Under the pieces are notes generated by a model. It searched no databases. It worked only from the letters and a program-made list of their open reading frames with translations, and was not told the DNA's origin. From the NCBI GenBank assembly GCA_949287305.1, contig CASEFX010000029.1, positions 6,405 to 70,404 of the forward strand: a DNA stretch of 64,000 bases. Reading direction: 5' to 3'. This DNA is from an uncultured Sutterella sp. Lineage in GTDB: Bacteria; Pseudomonadota; Gammaproteobacteria; Burkholderiales; Burkholderiaceae_F. Shown here piece by piece: positions 8,669 through 17,969 of the stretch (positions are counted from its first letter, which is position 1; each line of letters starts with the position of its first letter). The position numbers and the translations under genes are program-made.

Positions 8669-11176
8669 TTACCAGACGTAACGTCCGCCGAAGCTGTAGC
8701 GATAGCTGTCGTTGTAGTCATCGCCGTGCGAGCGTTCGAGCGTGCCGTAGAAGGCAAACTGTTCGGAGGCATTGAGCTGCATGCCCACGCCGTAGCTCAC
8801 CCAAGTGCCGTCAAGATCGTTCGAGAAGGAACGCGTACGTCCGGCAGCAGGGGTAGCATCGAAGTCGTTGTCGCCCAGGAATTCGTGATTGACGGAGGCG
8901 TGCACGTAGAACTCACCGGCATTCTTCGGGAAGCTCGCGCCGAGTCGAGCGCCAAGACGGCCCATTAGAGTCTGCATGTCGTCCTGTTCGACCTTCACGT
9001 CGTTCGAGGCCGTGAAGTCGTCACCGAGAACGTAGCCGTAGGCAAGCTCAACCTGAGGTTCCAGCCAGAAGGTCTGAGAAAGCGCCCAGTGATAGCCGAC
9101 TTCAGCGGAGAGACCGAAGGCGGTATTGTCGTAGGAACCGTCAAACATAGCGGCGGAGCTCAGGTTCGACGCGGTGATGTCGGTCGAAAGGCGGCCGATA
9201 CGACCGATCACGTCCACATAACCGCCGCAGTCAAAGAACCCGCTTGCATACGCCGCCAGCGTGTAGCCGTCCGACTCGCCGGAGCCATTCGAGATGTCGG
9301 CGTCCATGTTGGTGTAGCTGAATGCGCCGCCGACGATCCAATTGCCGCTGACCGTGGCGTCGGCACCGACTTGAATCGTCGTGGAACGAATGTCCGTCGT
9401 CACGTCCTGCTTGACGTTCGATTCACCGCCGTAGACACGGGCCCAGGCACCGGCCGTGCGCAGATTGCCGCGAACGTCGCCGAGGCGCTGCGAGAGATGG
9501 TTCACTTCGTTGCGCCATTGCACGAAGGTCGAAGCATTGAACTGCTGCAGGGCGGCCATGGAGTAATTGGCTTCCTGCGTCACATTACCGTCGGCATCGA
9601 TCGTCCAGGCGCCCGCCACCGTACCGGCTTCGCCACCTTGGGTGATGCCTTCCGTTCCGTGCGTGACGTTGACAACTCCCTTTTCCACCAGTTCCTGCGG
9701 CGTATCATAGAGGTCCGTCAGACGGCTGCTCGCGAGGATGCGCGCCTTGGAAGCGGTGTTGTTGGCGATAGTGACCCCGCCTTCGACATCGGTGTCATAG
9801 ATCACCGTGGCGTTTTCGCCTGCGAAGGTACCGGCAACGTTCATCGTGTTGTCAAGACCAAGCCTGATGGTCTGGTTGGTAGCCTTGACGGTCGATTTGG
9901 CGTCCGCAGTCAAATCACCCGTCAACATCGTTTCGGATGCATGGTCGGCAGAGCCCAACTGGAGAGTGCCCTCGTTGGTGACGGCCACGTCACCCGTCAG
10001 ACGGTTGGCGGCACCCGCGAGGGTCATCGTACCCGCATCCGTGTAAAGCGAGTAGGCCGTGCCACTGTCTTTGGTCGCGGTGGCAGTGGCATTGACGTTG
10101 CCGTTCATTTCGACCGTGGTATTGCCGTAGACGCCGATGCCGACGGCAGAGCCGGTTTCCGTGGTGACGTCAAGATCCGTCGTGCCATTTGCCTGGAGAA
10201 TGACAGTATTCTGTTCGCCTTCTTTGGGGTTATAGGTGGCTACAATGCCGTAAGCTTCGTTGGCCGTACTCGACACCGTGGCCTTCACGTTGCCCAAAGT
10301 TGCCGCCGCATCGTTGAAGTTTTCTCCGAGCGACGTGTTGTAGAAGTAGTTAGTGACCCAAATGCCGTTGGCGAGACCACCGTTCGAGGAAACGTCCAAC
10401 GTTACATCTCCGCGAATCACCCCCTGACCCTTTTCGAACTTAATCCCAGTGGCGGGACTCGCTCCATTCTCAAACTTTTCGCTGTCTGCAATCGTAGATG
10501 CCGACGAGTGGACGGTGATGTTCACCTTAGTCTGTTCAGCGATGTCAAGCACCCCACCGTAAATGTCAATGCCGATTGCTTCGCTATAACTATTGTCAGC
10601 TGCGGAATTTTGGCGATCGGTGGCCGTTGAAAGATTAATGTTTAAGGCTTCGCCTGTAACGAAGAGGGTGCCACTTTTTCCTTTGCCGAGGCCATAGACG
10701 GACTTCCCGTTTTGACTCTTCGAGGTGACGCTGAAATCAACCAAATTGGCTGACAACGTAACGTAGGAATCCGTGTAAGCGTCGAAGGCAGTAGCTTGAT
10801 TATTCCCGCCGCCGATGAAGTCGGTTTCAATGGAAACGTGCATCGAATCTCCGCCGAACGTGGGATTCGTGCCGCCGAGGACTTCAATGCCGTAGATCTG
10901 ATTATCTTGGCTACTTCCATCTTTGGGGCCGATGGCGCTCACATCGAGCTTGATGTTGTTAAGGCTACCCGACGCGCCGTTTTCCACGAGAACTCCGGCC
11001 CAGTGTCCCGTCAGGTCTTTACCTTCAAACTCGATAGGGTCAGTACTCAACTGAGGAACGTCCGAAGATTTCCAAATAAGCTTGGGATCGTAAGCAGCCT
11101 CTACGGTCATGGAGGCAGCCGTCAGGGCAGCCAGAAAGACGGCCGCGCTGAGGCGGGAGCGACGATATGAAAACAT
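8669..11176 (-). CDS. Autotransporter (type Va) outer-membrane protein with repetitive passenger domain
   Basis: GGAGAT RBS then ATG at 11176. Signal peptide MFSYRRSRLSAAVFLAALTAASMTVEA. Gly/Thr/Asn-rich beta-helix-like passenger. C-terminal beta-barrel with alternating aromatic pattern ending ..YRYSFGGRYVW. Confidence 0.88.
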   Translation of the reverse strand: MFSYRRSRLSAAVFLAALTAASMTVEAAYDPKLIWKSSDVPQLSTDPIEFEGKDLTGHWAGVLVENGASGSLNNIKLDVSAIGPKDGSSQDNQIYGIEVLGGTNPTFGGDSMHVSIETDFIGGGNNQATAFDAYTDSYVTLSANLVDFSVTSKSQNGKSVYGLGKGKSGTLFVTGEALNINLSTATDRQNSAADNSYSEAIGIDIYGGVLDIAEQTKVNITVHSSASTIADSEKFENGASPATGIKFEKGQGVIRGDVTLDVSSNGGLANGIWVTNYFYNTSLGENFNDAAATLGNVKATVSSTANEAYGIVATYNPKEGEQNTVILQANGTTDLDVTTETGSAVGIGVYGNTTVEMNGNVNATATATKDSGTAYSLYTDAGTMTLAGAANRLTGDVAVTNEGTLQLGSADHASETMLTGDLTADAKSTVKATNQTIRLGLDNTMNVAGTFAGENATVIYDTDVEGGVTIANNTASKARILASSRLTDLYDTPQELVEKGVVNVTHGTEGITQGGEAGTVAGAWTIDADGNVTQEANYSMAALQQFNASTFVQWRNEVNHLSQRLGDVRGNLRTAGAWARVYGGESNVKQDVTTDIRSTTIQVGADATVSGNWIVGGAFSYTNMDADISNGSGESDGYTLAAYASGFFDCGGYVDVIGRIGRLSTDITASNLSSAAMFDGSYDNTAFGLSAEVGYHWALSQTFWLEPQVELAYGYVLGDDFTASNDVKVEQDDMQTLMGRLGARLGASFPKNAGEFYVHASVNHEFLGDNDFDATPAAGRTRSFSNDLDGTWVSYGVGMQLNASEQFAFYGTLERSHGDDYNDSYRYSFGGRYVW

Positions 11177-11188
11177 CAGTATCTCCAT

Positions 11189-11512
11189 AAAGAATTAGGG
11201 TTATTCTTTTTAATGCATTGCTACACAACGCATTTCAGAAGGATTCCACAAATGTTTTTTTTTCGCAATAGGTGTAAACCCGATATTTTTGGGTTTCGGT
11301 ATTTAATGAATCGCGGAAAGTTACCGTAGGTCATACGTTTTGTTACTTGATCCGGTCGTTGATTGTGAATGTTGTAGTTGATGAACGTTGGATGGTACTG
11401 GACGTGCATTTACATTCGCATGTCACTTTGCTCGCTAGGAAGGGACGTGACTCTTACAATGGGGGGTACGGGCGCCGTGGCCCGCGTGTTTCAGGGCTTT
11501 GGATAGGGAAGC
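11189..11512. promoter_or_regulatory. AT-rich divergent promoter region (autotransporter / sensor phosphatase)
   Basis: The 324-bp non-coding spacer is markedly more AT-rich than its surroundings and contains a T9 run near 11255-11263. It lies between the starts of divergent genes. Confidence 0.5.
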
Positions 11513-13462
11513 ATGTTTTCATTACGCGTGAAATTGGTGATTGCGATCGGCGCGATCGTGTCGATGGCGAGCTTCCCGTTGATCTGGATGGGGTATCGGG
11601 ACGTTTACGACCATTCGATCGAAGCGGCCCGCGACCGGTTCGTGAGCCTCTCGAGAATGCTCGAAGAGGATCTGCGACTCTCGGTCTTGAGCGAGCAGAG
11701 TCTCGTCACCCAGAAGATCTCGATCGAAATGGACGACATCCGCTCGGAACTCGACGCGATCGAGTCCTGGTGGCGCGCGGGCGTCTTTGAAAAGAAGGAC
11801 GACGTCTTCTCGTTCATGCTCGAGAAATGGGACACCCATACGGCGCTCCTTCGTCCCGACGGTCAATTCGTGAGAACGTCCCCCGCGGTCGAGGTGCTGT
11901 GGGGAAGAAACGGTGAAGACTGGCTGAGCGTCCCGTTTCGCACGATCGTCGCCGACACGGACCGCAACTTCCAGCGGGACTTCCGCACGTTCTTCCGGGT
12001 AAAGAACGAAAGGGGAGAAGCCAAGCCCTATCTCACGGTATTCCGCAAGATCGACGGCGTGATCGCCGTCGTCATGCAAAACGTAGACTATCTCGAGGTC
12101 CCGCCGGCAAAGCAGCGGGAACTTTATGCCGAGCGTCTCGCCGACCGCGTGGCGTCGCTTGATTTCCCGAAGGACGCGTCGCTCGCCGTCGTGGACGGAG
12201 ACGGCGAGAAAATCGTCTGGCACGGCGCCTTCCCCATGGCCTGGGCGGCTCCCACGGAACGACTGGCTCTGAACGAAGGAAACAACGTCACGTCGGGCAC
12301 CGTGACGCTCGGAGGCGTCCCGTATTTGACGCTTGAACGACGCTTCCCCGCGCTCAACTGGTCGATCCGCACGGCCGTGCCGGTGTCGACCATTACGGAG
12401 CCCGCTTCCCGGCATGCGCTTGATCTGCTGCGCATCGCGGCGATTCTCTTCGGCGTGATTTCGGTGCTCGGCATCACGCTCGTGACGCGAATCCTCAATC
12501 CGCTCGGCCGCATCTCGGCCACCGCGAAGCGACTCGAATCCTACCGCTTCGACGACGCCGAGGGCGAAGGGCTTGCGGCCGTCATGGAGAGCCTTCCCGC
12601 AAAGCGCCGCGACGAAATCGGGAACGTGGCGCGCGCCTTCTCGCAGATGCTCGTGGCGCTCGACAAGAACGTGCGCGAACTCAAGGAGTCCCTTGCGAAG
12701 CAGCACGGGATCGAAGGCGAATTGAACGCCGCGCGCGAAATTCAGACGAGCATGCTCCCTAAGGACGACGCGGCCTTCCATGCGGAGGGCTTTGACGCGG
12801 CGGCCAAGATGGTGGCCGCGAAGGAAGTCGGGGGCGACCTCTTCGACGTGATCCGCCTTCCGGGCGGACGGCGCGCCCTCGTCCTGGGCGACGTCTCGGG
12901 GAAGGGCGTATCCGCCGCCCTCATGATGAGCGTGACGATCACGCTCATCCGAAACGCCCTGAGTAACGGATTCGAGCCCGCCGCCGTCATCAAGACGGTG
13001 AACGACCGGTTCGCCGCGAACAACGAAAACTGCATGTTCGTGACGCTCTGGATCGGGATTTTCGAACCCGACACGGGCCTTCTCACCTACGCCAACGGCG
13101 GACACTGTCCTCCGTACTGGCTCCCCGCCGACCGAAGCAAGCCGCCGCAGGCGGTGAAGAACGTGAGCGGGCCGCTCGTGGGCGTCTTTGAAGAGGCGCA
13201 GTATCAGGGCTACGCTCTGCAGTTGAGACCGGGCGACCTCCTCTTCGTCTACAGCGACGGCGTCTCGGAAGCCATGAACGAAAAGCGCAAACTTTTCGGC
13301 GAAGAAGGCATTCTTGCGGCCGCGGAAAAGCGCGCCGCGAACGACCCGAAGGCCTTTGTCGACGCCATGCTCGAGGCCATCGTTGCCTACCGCGGAACCA
13401 TGCCGCAGTCGGACGACATCACGATGCTCGCCATTCGGCACACCGAGGAGGAAGAAGAATGA
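11513..13462 (+). CDS. Membrane sensor HAMP-domain PP2C (SpoIIE/RsbU/BtrU-type) serine phosphatase
   Basis: N-terminal TM helix, about 270-aa extracytoplasmic domain, second TM helix and a HAMP-like linker (NPLGRISATAKRL..IGNVARAFSQMLVAL). PP2C motifs GGDLFDV, LGDVSGKGVSAALMMS, YANGGH, YSDGVSEA and QSDDITMLAI. Confidence 0.88.
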   Translation: MFSLRVKLVIAIGAIVSMASFPLIWMGYRDVYDHSIEAARDRFVSLSRMLEEDLRLSVLSEQSLVTQKISIEMDDIRSELDAIESWWRAGVFEKKDDVFSFMLEKWDTHTALLRPDGQFVRTSPAVEVLWGRNGEDWLSVPFRTIVADTDRNFQRDFRTFFRVKNERGEAKPYLTVFRKIDGVIAVVMQNVDYLEVPPAKQRELYAERLADRVASLDFPKDASLAVVDGDGEKIVWHGAFPMAWAAPTERLALNEGNNVTSGTVTLGGVPYLTLERRFPALNWSIRTAVPVSTITEPASRHALDLLRIAAILFGVISVLGITLVTRILNPLGRISATAKRLESYRFDDAEGEGLAAVMESLPAKRRDEIGNVARAFSQMLVALDKNVRELKESLAKQHGIEGELNAAREIQTSMLPKDDAAFHAEGFDAAAKMVAAKEVGGDLFDVIRLPGGRRALVLGDVSGKGVSAALMMSVTITLIRNALSNGFEPAAVIKTVNDRFAANNENCMFVTLWIGIFEPDTGLLTYANGGHCPPYWLPADRSKPPQAVKNVSGPLVGVFEEAQYQGYALQLRPGDLLFVYSDGVSEAMNEKRKLFGEEGILAAAEKRAANDPKAFVDAMLEAIVAYRGTMPQSDDITMLAIRHTEEEEE

Positions 13463-14568
13463 TGCTCTCGAGACGTGATGCGCTTCTATTCCTTTCGCTT
13501 CTCGCGGCGGGCGCTCCGCTCGCGAAGGCGTCGGCGTCCGACACGCCCAAAAACGTGATCCTCGTGACGGGCGGCGACTACATGCGCTACCGCCGCATCC
13601 TCGAAGCCACGATCGCGGGGCTCGAAGCCCTGGGTCTCGTGCGCGACATGCCGCACGTGCCGGATTCGGACCGTGAGGACACGAAGGACCTTTGGGACGC
13701 GCTGACGCAGTCCTCCGGAGCGCTTCGCTTCCTCCCCGACGGCCACTACAGCTACGCCTGGGACAAGAACGTCCGAGAGAAGGTGAACGCCGACATTGCG
13801 GAGCGCCTTCGCACGCGCCGCGACGTGGACCTCATCTTCACCTTCGGCACGGAGGCGGGGCTCGACATTCCGAAGCTCACTTCGGACATTCCCGTTCTCT
13901 CGCTCGGAAGCTCGAACCCGGTGCGAACGGGGATCGTCGCCTCGGAAACGGATTCGGGACGCGACAATCTGCACGCGCTCGTGCGGCGCGACCCGTACGG
14001 CGAAGAGGTGAGGGGGTTTCACGCGCTTCGTCCCTTCAAGAGGCTCGCTCTCGTCGTTGCGGCGTCGTCCGTCGACAAGGCGGGCGCCAAGGACGTCGAG
14101 GCCGCCTGCCGCGAATTGGGGGCGGGATTCGAGTGCCTCCCCTACGCGGACGACGGCGAAGGGGCCGCCGAGAAGTTCTCGGACATTCTCGAGGCCGTTC
14201 GCGAAGCGCATCGCCGCGGTTACGACGCGGTGGTCTTCCACTGGTTCCGGGCTTCTCCGGACGAATACTCGCAGCTTACGCGTCTCCTTGCCGAATACCG
14301 GATGGCGAGCTTTGCGCAGTCGGGCGAAGAATACGTGGCGCACGGGATTTTGCTCGGCGTCGGAAACGAAAGTTTCGAAGGCTACGGCGCCTTCGAAGCG
14401 GACGTGATCCGACGCGTCCTCGAAGGAACGCCCCCGCGCAAGTGTCCGCAGGTCTTCGCCGAGCGGAGCCGCTTCGTCATCAATCTCGTGAGCGCCATGG
14501 AAATCGGCTGGACGCCCGACTTCGGGGTGCTCGTCGCCATGGAAAAGGCATTCGTCACGCAGAAGTGA
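13459..14568 (+). CDS. Exported periplasmic binding-protein-like protein (ABC_sub_bind-like), probable sensory partner of the phosphatase
   Basis: ATGA overlap with the phosphatase stop (13459-13462). Signal peptide MMLSRRDALLFLSLLAAGAPLAKASA. The alpha/beta pattern resembles orphan substrate-binding proteins. The family assignment is made by eye only. Confidence 0.5.
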   Translation: MMLSRRDALLFLSLLAAGAPLAKASASDTPKNVILVTGGDYMRYRRILEATIAGLEALGLVRDMPHVPDSDREDTKDLWDALTQSSGALRFLPDGHYSYAWDKNVREKVNADIAERLRTRRDVDLIFTFGTEAGLDIPKLTSDIPVLSLGSSNPVRTGIVASETDSGRDNLHALVRRDPYGEEVRGFHALRPFKRLALVVAASSVDKAGAKDVEAACRELGAGFECLPYADDGEGAAEKFSDILEAVREAHRRGYDAVVFHWFRASPDEYSQLTRLLAEYRMASFAQSGEEYVAHGILLGVGNESFEGYGAFEADVIRRVLEGTPPRKCPQVFAERSRFVINLVSAMEIGWTPDFGVLVAMEKAFVTQK

Positions 14569-14595
14569 CGAAAGCCCCTCATCCCCGAGAATAAA

Positions 14596-14633
14596 AAAGG
14601 ATCCGCGCGCCGCATCGGGCGGGCGGATCCTTT
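14596..14633. terminator. Bidirectional terminator between the binding-protein gene and sctV
   Basis: AAAGGATCCGC (14596-14606) pairs with GCGGATCCTTT (14623-14633). A-run on the left and T-run on the right. Confidence 0.65.
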
Positions 14634-14653
14634 GCGTTGGAGGGGCGCGGATC

Positions 14654-16750
14654 TCAAATGTGGATTCGGGCCACGGGCTGCACCGAGATCTCGGGCGTCA
14701 CTTCCTGATAGGCCATGACGGGAAGTTCGTAGAACTTCGACTCGATCAGGCGCCGCACGTAGCGGCGGATGTCCATGCTGACGAGCAAAACGGGCTTCTG
14801 GGTGCTCGTGCGGTACTTGCCCGCCGCCTTTTCGAGGGCGTCGAGAATTCGTTGCGAAGAACCCGGATCGAGCGAGAGGAAGGCGCCGGCCGACGTCTGG
14901 CGCACGGCCTTGCGGATCGTTTCCTCGACCTGCGGCTCCATCAGAATGACGGGGAGCATGTTCTGCCCCTTCGAGTGCATGTAGCAGATCTGGCGCTTGA
15001 GCGCGCTTCGGACGTATTCGGTGAGCATCACGACGTCCTTTTCCTTCGGGGCCCATTCGATCAGGGCCTGCAGGATCGAGCGCAGGTCGCGGATCGAAAC
15101 GCGCTCCTGCACGAGACGGCGGAAGATTTCGGCGATTCGCTGCACGGGCAGAAGACGCGTCGCTTCGTGAACGAGGTCGGGGGCGCGCTCCTCCATCTTG
15201 TCGAGGAGATACTTCGTCTCCTGCATGCCGATGAAGGTGTCCGCATGACGCGTCAAAAGAAGCGACAGGTGGAAGGCGAGAATCTTCGAGTGATTCATGC
15301 AGGCGATCCCGGCGGCCGTGAGACGCTTTTCGTCCTTGGCCGACACCCAGACGGAGTCGACGTTCGGAAGGAAGGGCGCCTCCTCGCGGCACTCGATGTC
15401 GAGGAGCGCGAGGTTTTCGGGCGTTTCGCGCACGATCACGCAGTCCTTCACGAGCTGGCCCGTCGCGATCGGGATTTCGTTGAGGTTCAGCGTATAGGCG
15501 AAGGACCGCAGATTCGGGTTCGGCCGCAAATGAATCCCGGGGAAGGGGACGCCCAGGTCGAAGTAGAGCGCGCGGCGGAGTTCAATGAGGTCGCCGTTGA
15601 GGTCGTTGTAGTTGAGCGACCCGCCGATGTCGGGCGCAATGTCGAGAATGATCGGCACCGTCGGGGAGAATTCGTCTCCGGAAACCGCGCGCTTCGGTTT
15701 CGCCTTCGCGCTGACGGGGGCGAGGGTCTTCTCGAGTGCGGCTTCGGGCGCGGGCTCGGAAGCCTGCTTTTCGTCGATGCGGCGAAGCATGTAGCCGAAG
15801 CCCCCGACGGCAAAGCCCAAGGTAAAGAGCTGCGGCTTCGGAAAGCCCGGAATGAGCGCGAAGAGGAAGATCAGGGCGCCCGCCATTTCGAGCGCACGCG
15901 GCTGACGGAAGAACTGCTTGCCGACCTGCGAGCCCATGTCTTCGCGCGAGTCGCCCGAGCGGGTGATGAGGATGCCCGCGGAAATCGAGACGAGAAGCGA
16001 GGGGATCTGGCTCACGAGACCGTCGCCGATCGTGAGGACGCCGTAGAGCTGCAGGGCGTCGCCCGCCGACATGCCGCGCTGGGTCATCCCGATGATGGTG
16101 CCGCCCACGATGTTGACGAGCGTCACGACCATTCCGGCGATGCTGTCGCCCTTGACGAACTTCATGGCGCCGTCCATGGCGCCGTACATCTTGCTCTCCA
16201 TCTGCACGTCGTCGCGGCGGCGCTGTGCCTCCTCCATGTCGATCACGCCCGCGCGCAGGTCGGCGTCGATCGACATCTGCTTGCCCGGCATCGCGTCGAG
16301 GGTGAAGCGGGCGCCGACTTCCGCGACGCGTTCCGCCCCCTTTGCGATGACGAGGAACTGCACGATCGTGAGGATCAGGAAGACCACGGCGCCCACGACG
16401 AAGTTGCTCCCCGTCGCGAATTCGCCGAAGGTGAAGATGATTTCACCGGCGTCGGCCTGCAGGAGGATCAGGCGCGTCGTCGTGATGTTGAGGCCCACGC
16501 GAAAGAGCGTCGTGAAGAGGAGCATCGTCGGAAAAACCGAGAACTCCAGAGGCGTCTTCACGTACATCGCCATCATCAGCATGAGGAACGACAGCGTGAG
16601 GTTCGCGCCGATCAGCGTGTCGACGAGCGGCGTCGGCAGCGGAATGATCATGAGCGCGATCACGACCACGATGAGGACGACCATGGCGACGTCGCTGTGC
16701 CGCGCGATCGTGGTGGTCAGGGATCCGGCTTTTTGAAGAAGGGACGGCAT
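14654..16750 (-). CDS. sctV: T3SS export gate protein SctV (YscV/LcrD/BcrD/InvA family)
   Basis: 698 aa. FHIPEP N-terminal region (..FPTMLLFTTLFRVGLNITTTRLIL.., GAERVAEVGARFTLDAMPGKQMSIDADL) and a large cytoplasmic C-terminal domain. Confidence 0.97.
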   Translation of the reverse strand: MPSLLQKAGSLTTTIARHSDVAMVVLIVVVIALMIIPLPTPLVDTLIGANLTLSFLMLMMAMYVKTPLEFSVFPTMLLFTTLFRVGLNITTTRLILLQADAGEIIFTFGEFATGSNFVVGAVVFLILTIVQFLVIAKGAERVAEVGARFTLDAMPGKQMSIDADLRAGVIDMEEAQRRRDDVQMESKMYGAMDGAMKFVKGDSIAGMVVTLVNIVGGTIIGMTQRGMSAGDALQLYGVLTIGDGLVSQIPSLLVSISAGILITRSGDSREDMGSQVGKQFFRQPRALEMAGALIFLFALIPGFPKPQLFTLGFAVGGFGYMLRRIDEKQASEPAPEAALEKTLAPVSAKAKPKRAVSGDEFSPTVPIILDIAPDIGGSLNYNDLNGDLIELRRALYFDLGVPFPGIHLRPNPNLRSFAYTLNLNEIPIATGQLVKDCVIVRETPENLALLDIECREEAPFLPNVDSVWVSAKDEKRLTAAGIACMNHSKILAFHLSLLLTRHADTFIGMQETKYLLDKMEERAPDLVHEATRLLPVQRIAEIFRRLVQERVSIRDLRSILQALIEWAPKEKDVVMLTEYVRSALKRQICYMHSKGQNMLPVILMEPQVEETIRKAVRQTSAGAFLSLDPGSSQRILDALEKAAGKYRTSTQKPVLLVSMDIRRYVRRLIESKFYELPVMAYQEVTPEISVQPVARIHI

Positions 16751-16785
16751 GCTGATCTAGGGTTGGCTTGTGGAGGGCGTAACGT

Positions 16786-17190
16786 TCATTGTACCTTCGC
16801 GGCGTCTTCGTCTTCGGTCGGGAAGGCGTCGCCGCGCATCGAAAGGAAGGTTTCCCGCGCGGCGCGGGCCTCTTCCTTTCGTCCGAGCGCCCAGAGAGCC
16901 CGGGAGCGAAGCCAGTGAAGCGTCGCGTCGCGCGTCGAAAGCGGTCCGCCCGCGAGCGCCTCGCGAACTTCGCGAAGCGCCGTTTCGGCGTCGCCCGCCT
17001 CGAGCGCCGCGGCGGCAAGCCCCGCCTTGGCGAAGCGGAAGTCGGGGGTTCCCGGGGTGCTCAGTTCCGCGATCGTTTCGTAAAAGCGGCGTGCGCGGTC
17101 TTCCATCCCCATGCGGAAAAAGAGAAAGGCGAGGACCGAGAGGGTCTTCTTTTCGTCCTCGGTGAGGTTCGGCATAGCGTTCTGCGTCAC
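16786..17190 (-). CDS. sctY: TPR-like T3SS chaperone, YscY/Pcr4 (SctY)-like
   Basis: 134 aa, helical and TPR-like (RARRFYETIAEL.., ALWALGRKEEA). Occupies the position immediately upstream of sctV and downstream of the YscX-like ORF, as in Ysc-family loci. GGAGG RBS then GTG at 17190. Confidence 0.6.
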   Translation of the reverse strand: MTQNAMPNLTEDEKKTLSVLAFLFFRMGMEDRARRFYETIAELSTPGTPDFRFAKAGLAAAALEAGDAETALREVREALAGGPLSTRDATLHWLRSRALWALGRKEEARAARETFLSMRGDAFPTEDEDAAKVQ

Positions 17191-17194
17191 GGCG

Positions 17195-17563
17195 TCAACC
17201 TCCGAGCATCAGATTGCGGTAGGCGGTGAGAAGAAGACCGTTCTGCAGGAGCGGTTCGATTTCTTTGCGAACGAGCGCCTGAATCTTCGGGTTTTCGCTT
17301 TTGCGAAGCTTTTCGAGAAGCGCGTGAAGGTCCGCCTCGAAGATTTCGGGACTCACGAGCGACCCGTCGCCGATGTCGGGGCAGAGAAGGGCTTCGAGGG
17401 CCGAGCGGCTGTTCGCCGTGCGAAAGAGGTTCTCAAGGCCCGATTCCTGCAGGAGGTTCGTGCCGAGGTCGCGCGCCTCGGGGAGCGCCGCGGCGTCGGG
17501 CATGGGCAAAAGATCGGCGATGCCGATCGAAGGATTGAGTAGCGAGTCGATGCGTGAGGGCAT
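17195..17563 (-). CDS. sctX: YscX/Pcr3 (SctX)-like small secreted export-apparatus-associated protein
   Basis: 122 aa, close to the ~120 aa I recall for Yersinia YscX. Located between the SycN-like and YscY-like genes. The call is based on position and size, with no strong motif. Confidence 0.5.
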   Translation of the reverse strand: MPSRIDSLLNPSIGIADLLPMPDAAALPEARDLGTNLLQESGLENLFRTANSRSALEALLCPDIGDGSLVSPEIFEADLHALLEKLRKSENPKIQALVRKEIEPLLQNGLLLTAYRNLMLGG

Positions 17564-17580
17564 GGTTCGTGCGGAGAAAA

Positions 17581-17958
17581 TCAGCGGCCTTCAAAAAGGG
17601 ACGTCTCGAGTTGAAGAAGATGCCGAAGCGCGCTTTCGAGTTCGGCGCCGCTCACGCGGGCGAGGGGAAGTTTGATCCCAAGAATCCAGCGGTCATTATG
17701 CATCCCCGCCGCGAGGGCATAGGGCTGACGAGAGGTCCAGTGCGCGGCGCGAAGAAACGCCCAAAAGGCGCGGCGGGCTTCGTCGGGCCGCGCGGGACGC
17801 GAGAAGGTGAGAAGAAAGTCGTCCTCTTCGGACTTCGGGCAGGCGAGCGTGAGCGAGCCCAGGTCGTCGAAGGTGAGCGTAAGGGCGTCTCCCTCGCCCC
17901 AGGCGAGGTTCGGAATTCCGATGCGGGCGCCGAAATCCGCAAGTTCGCGTTCCAACAT
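17581..17958 (-). CDS. Class I T3SS chaperone, SycN/Pcr2-like (gatekeeper co-chaperone)
   Basis: 125 aa and acidic, with a CesT-like pattern (..FGARIGIPNLAWGEGDALTLTFDDLGSLTLA..). Lies directly downstream of the gatekeeper gene. Confidence 0.65.
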   Translation of the reverse strand: MLERELADFGARIGIPNLAWGEGDALTLTFDDLGSLTLACPKSEEDDFLLTFSRPARPDEARRAFWAFLRAAHWTSRQPYALAAGMHNDRWILGIKLPLARVSGAELESALRHLLQLETSLFEGR

Positions 17959-17969
17959 TTAGAGGGTCC

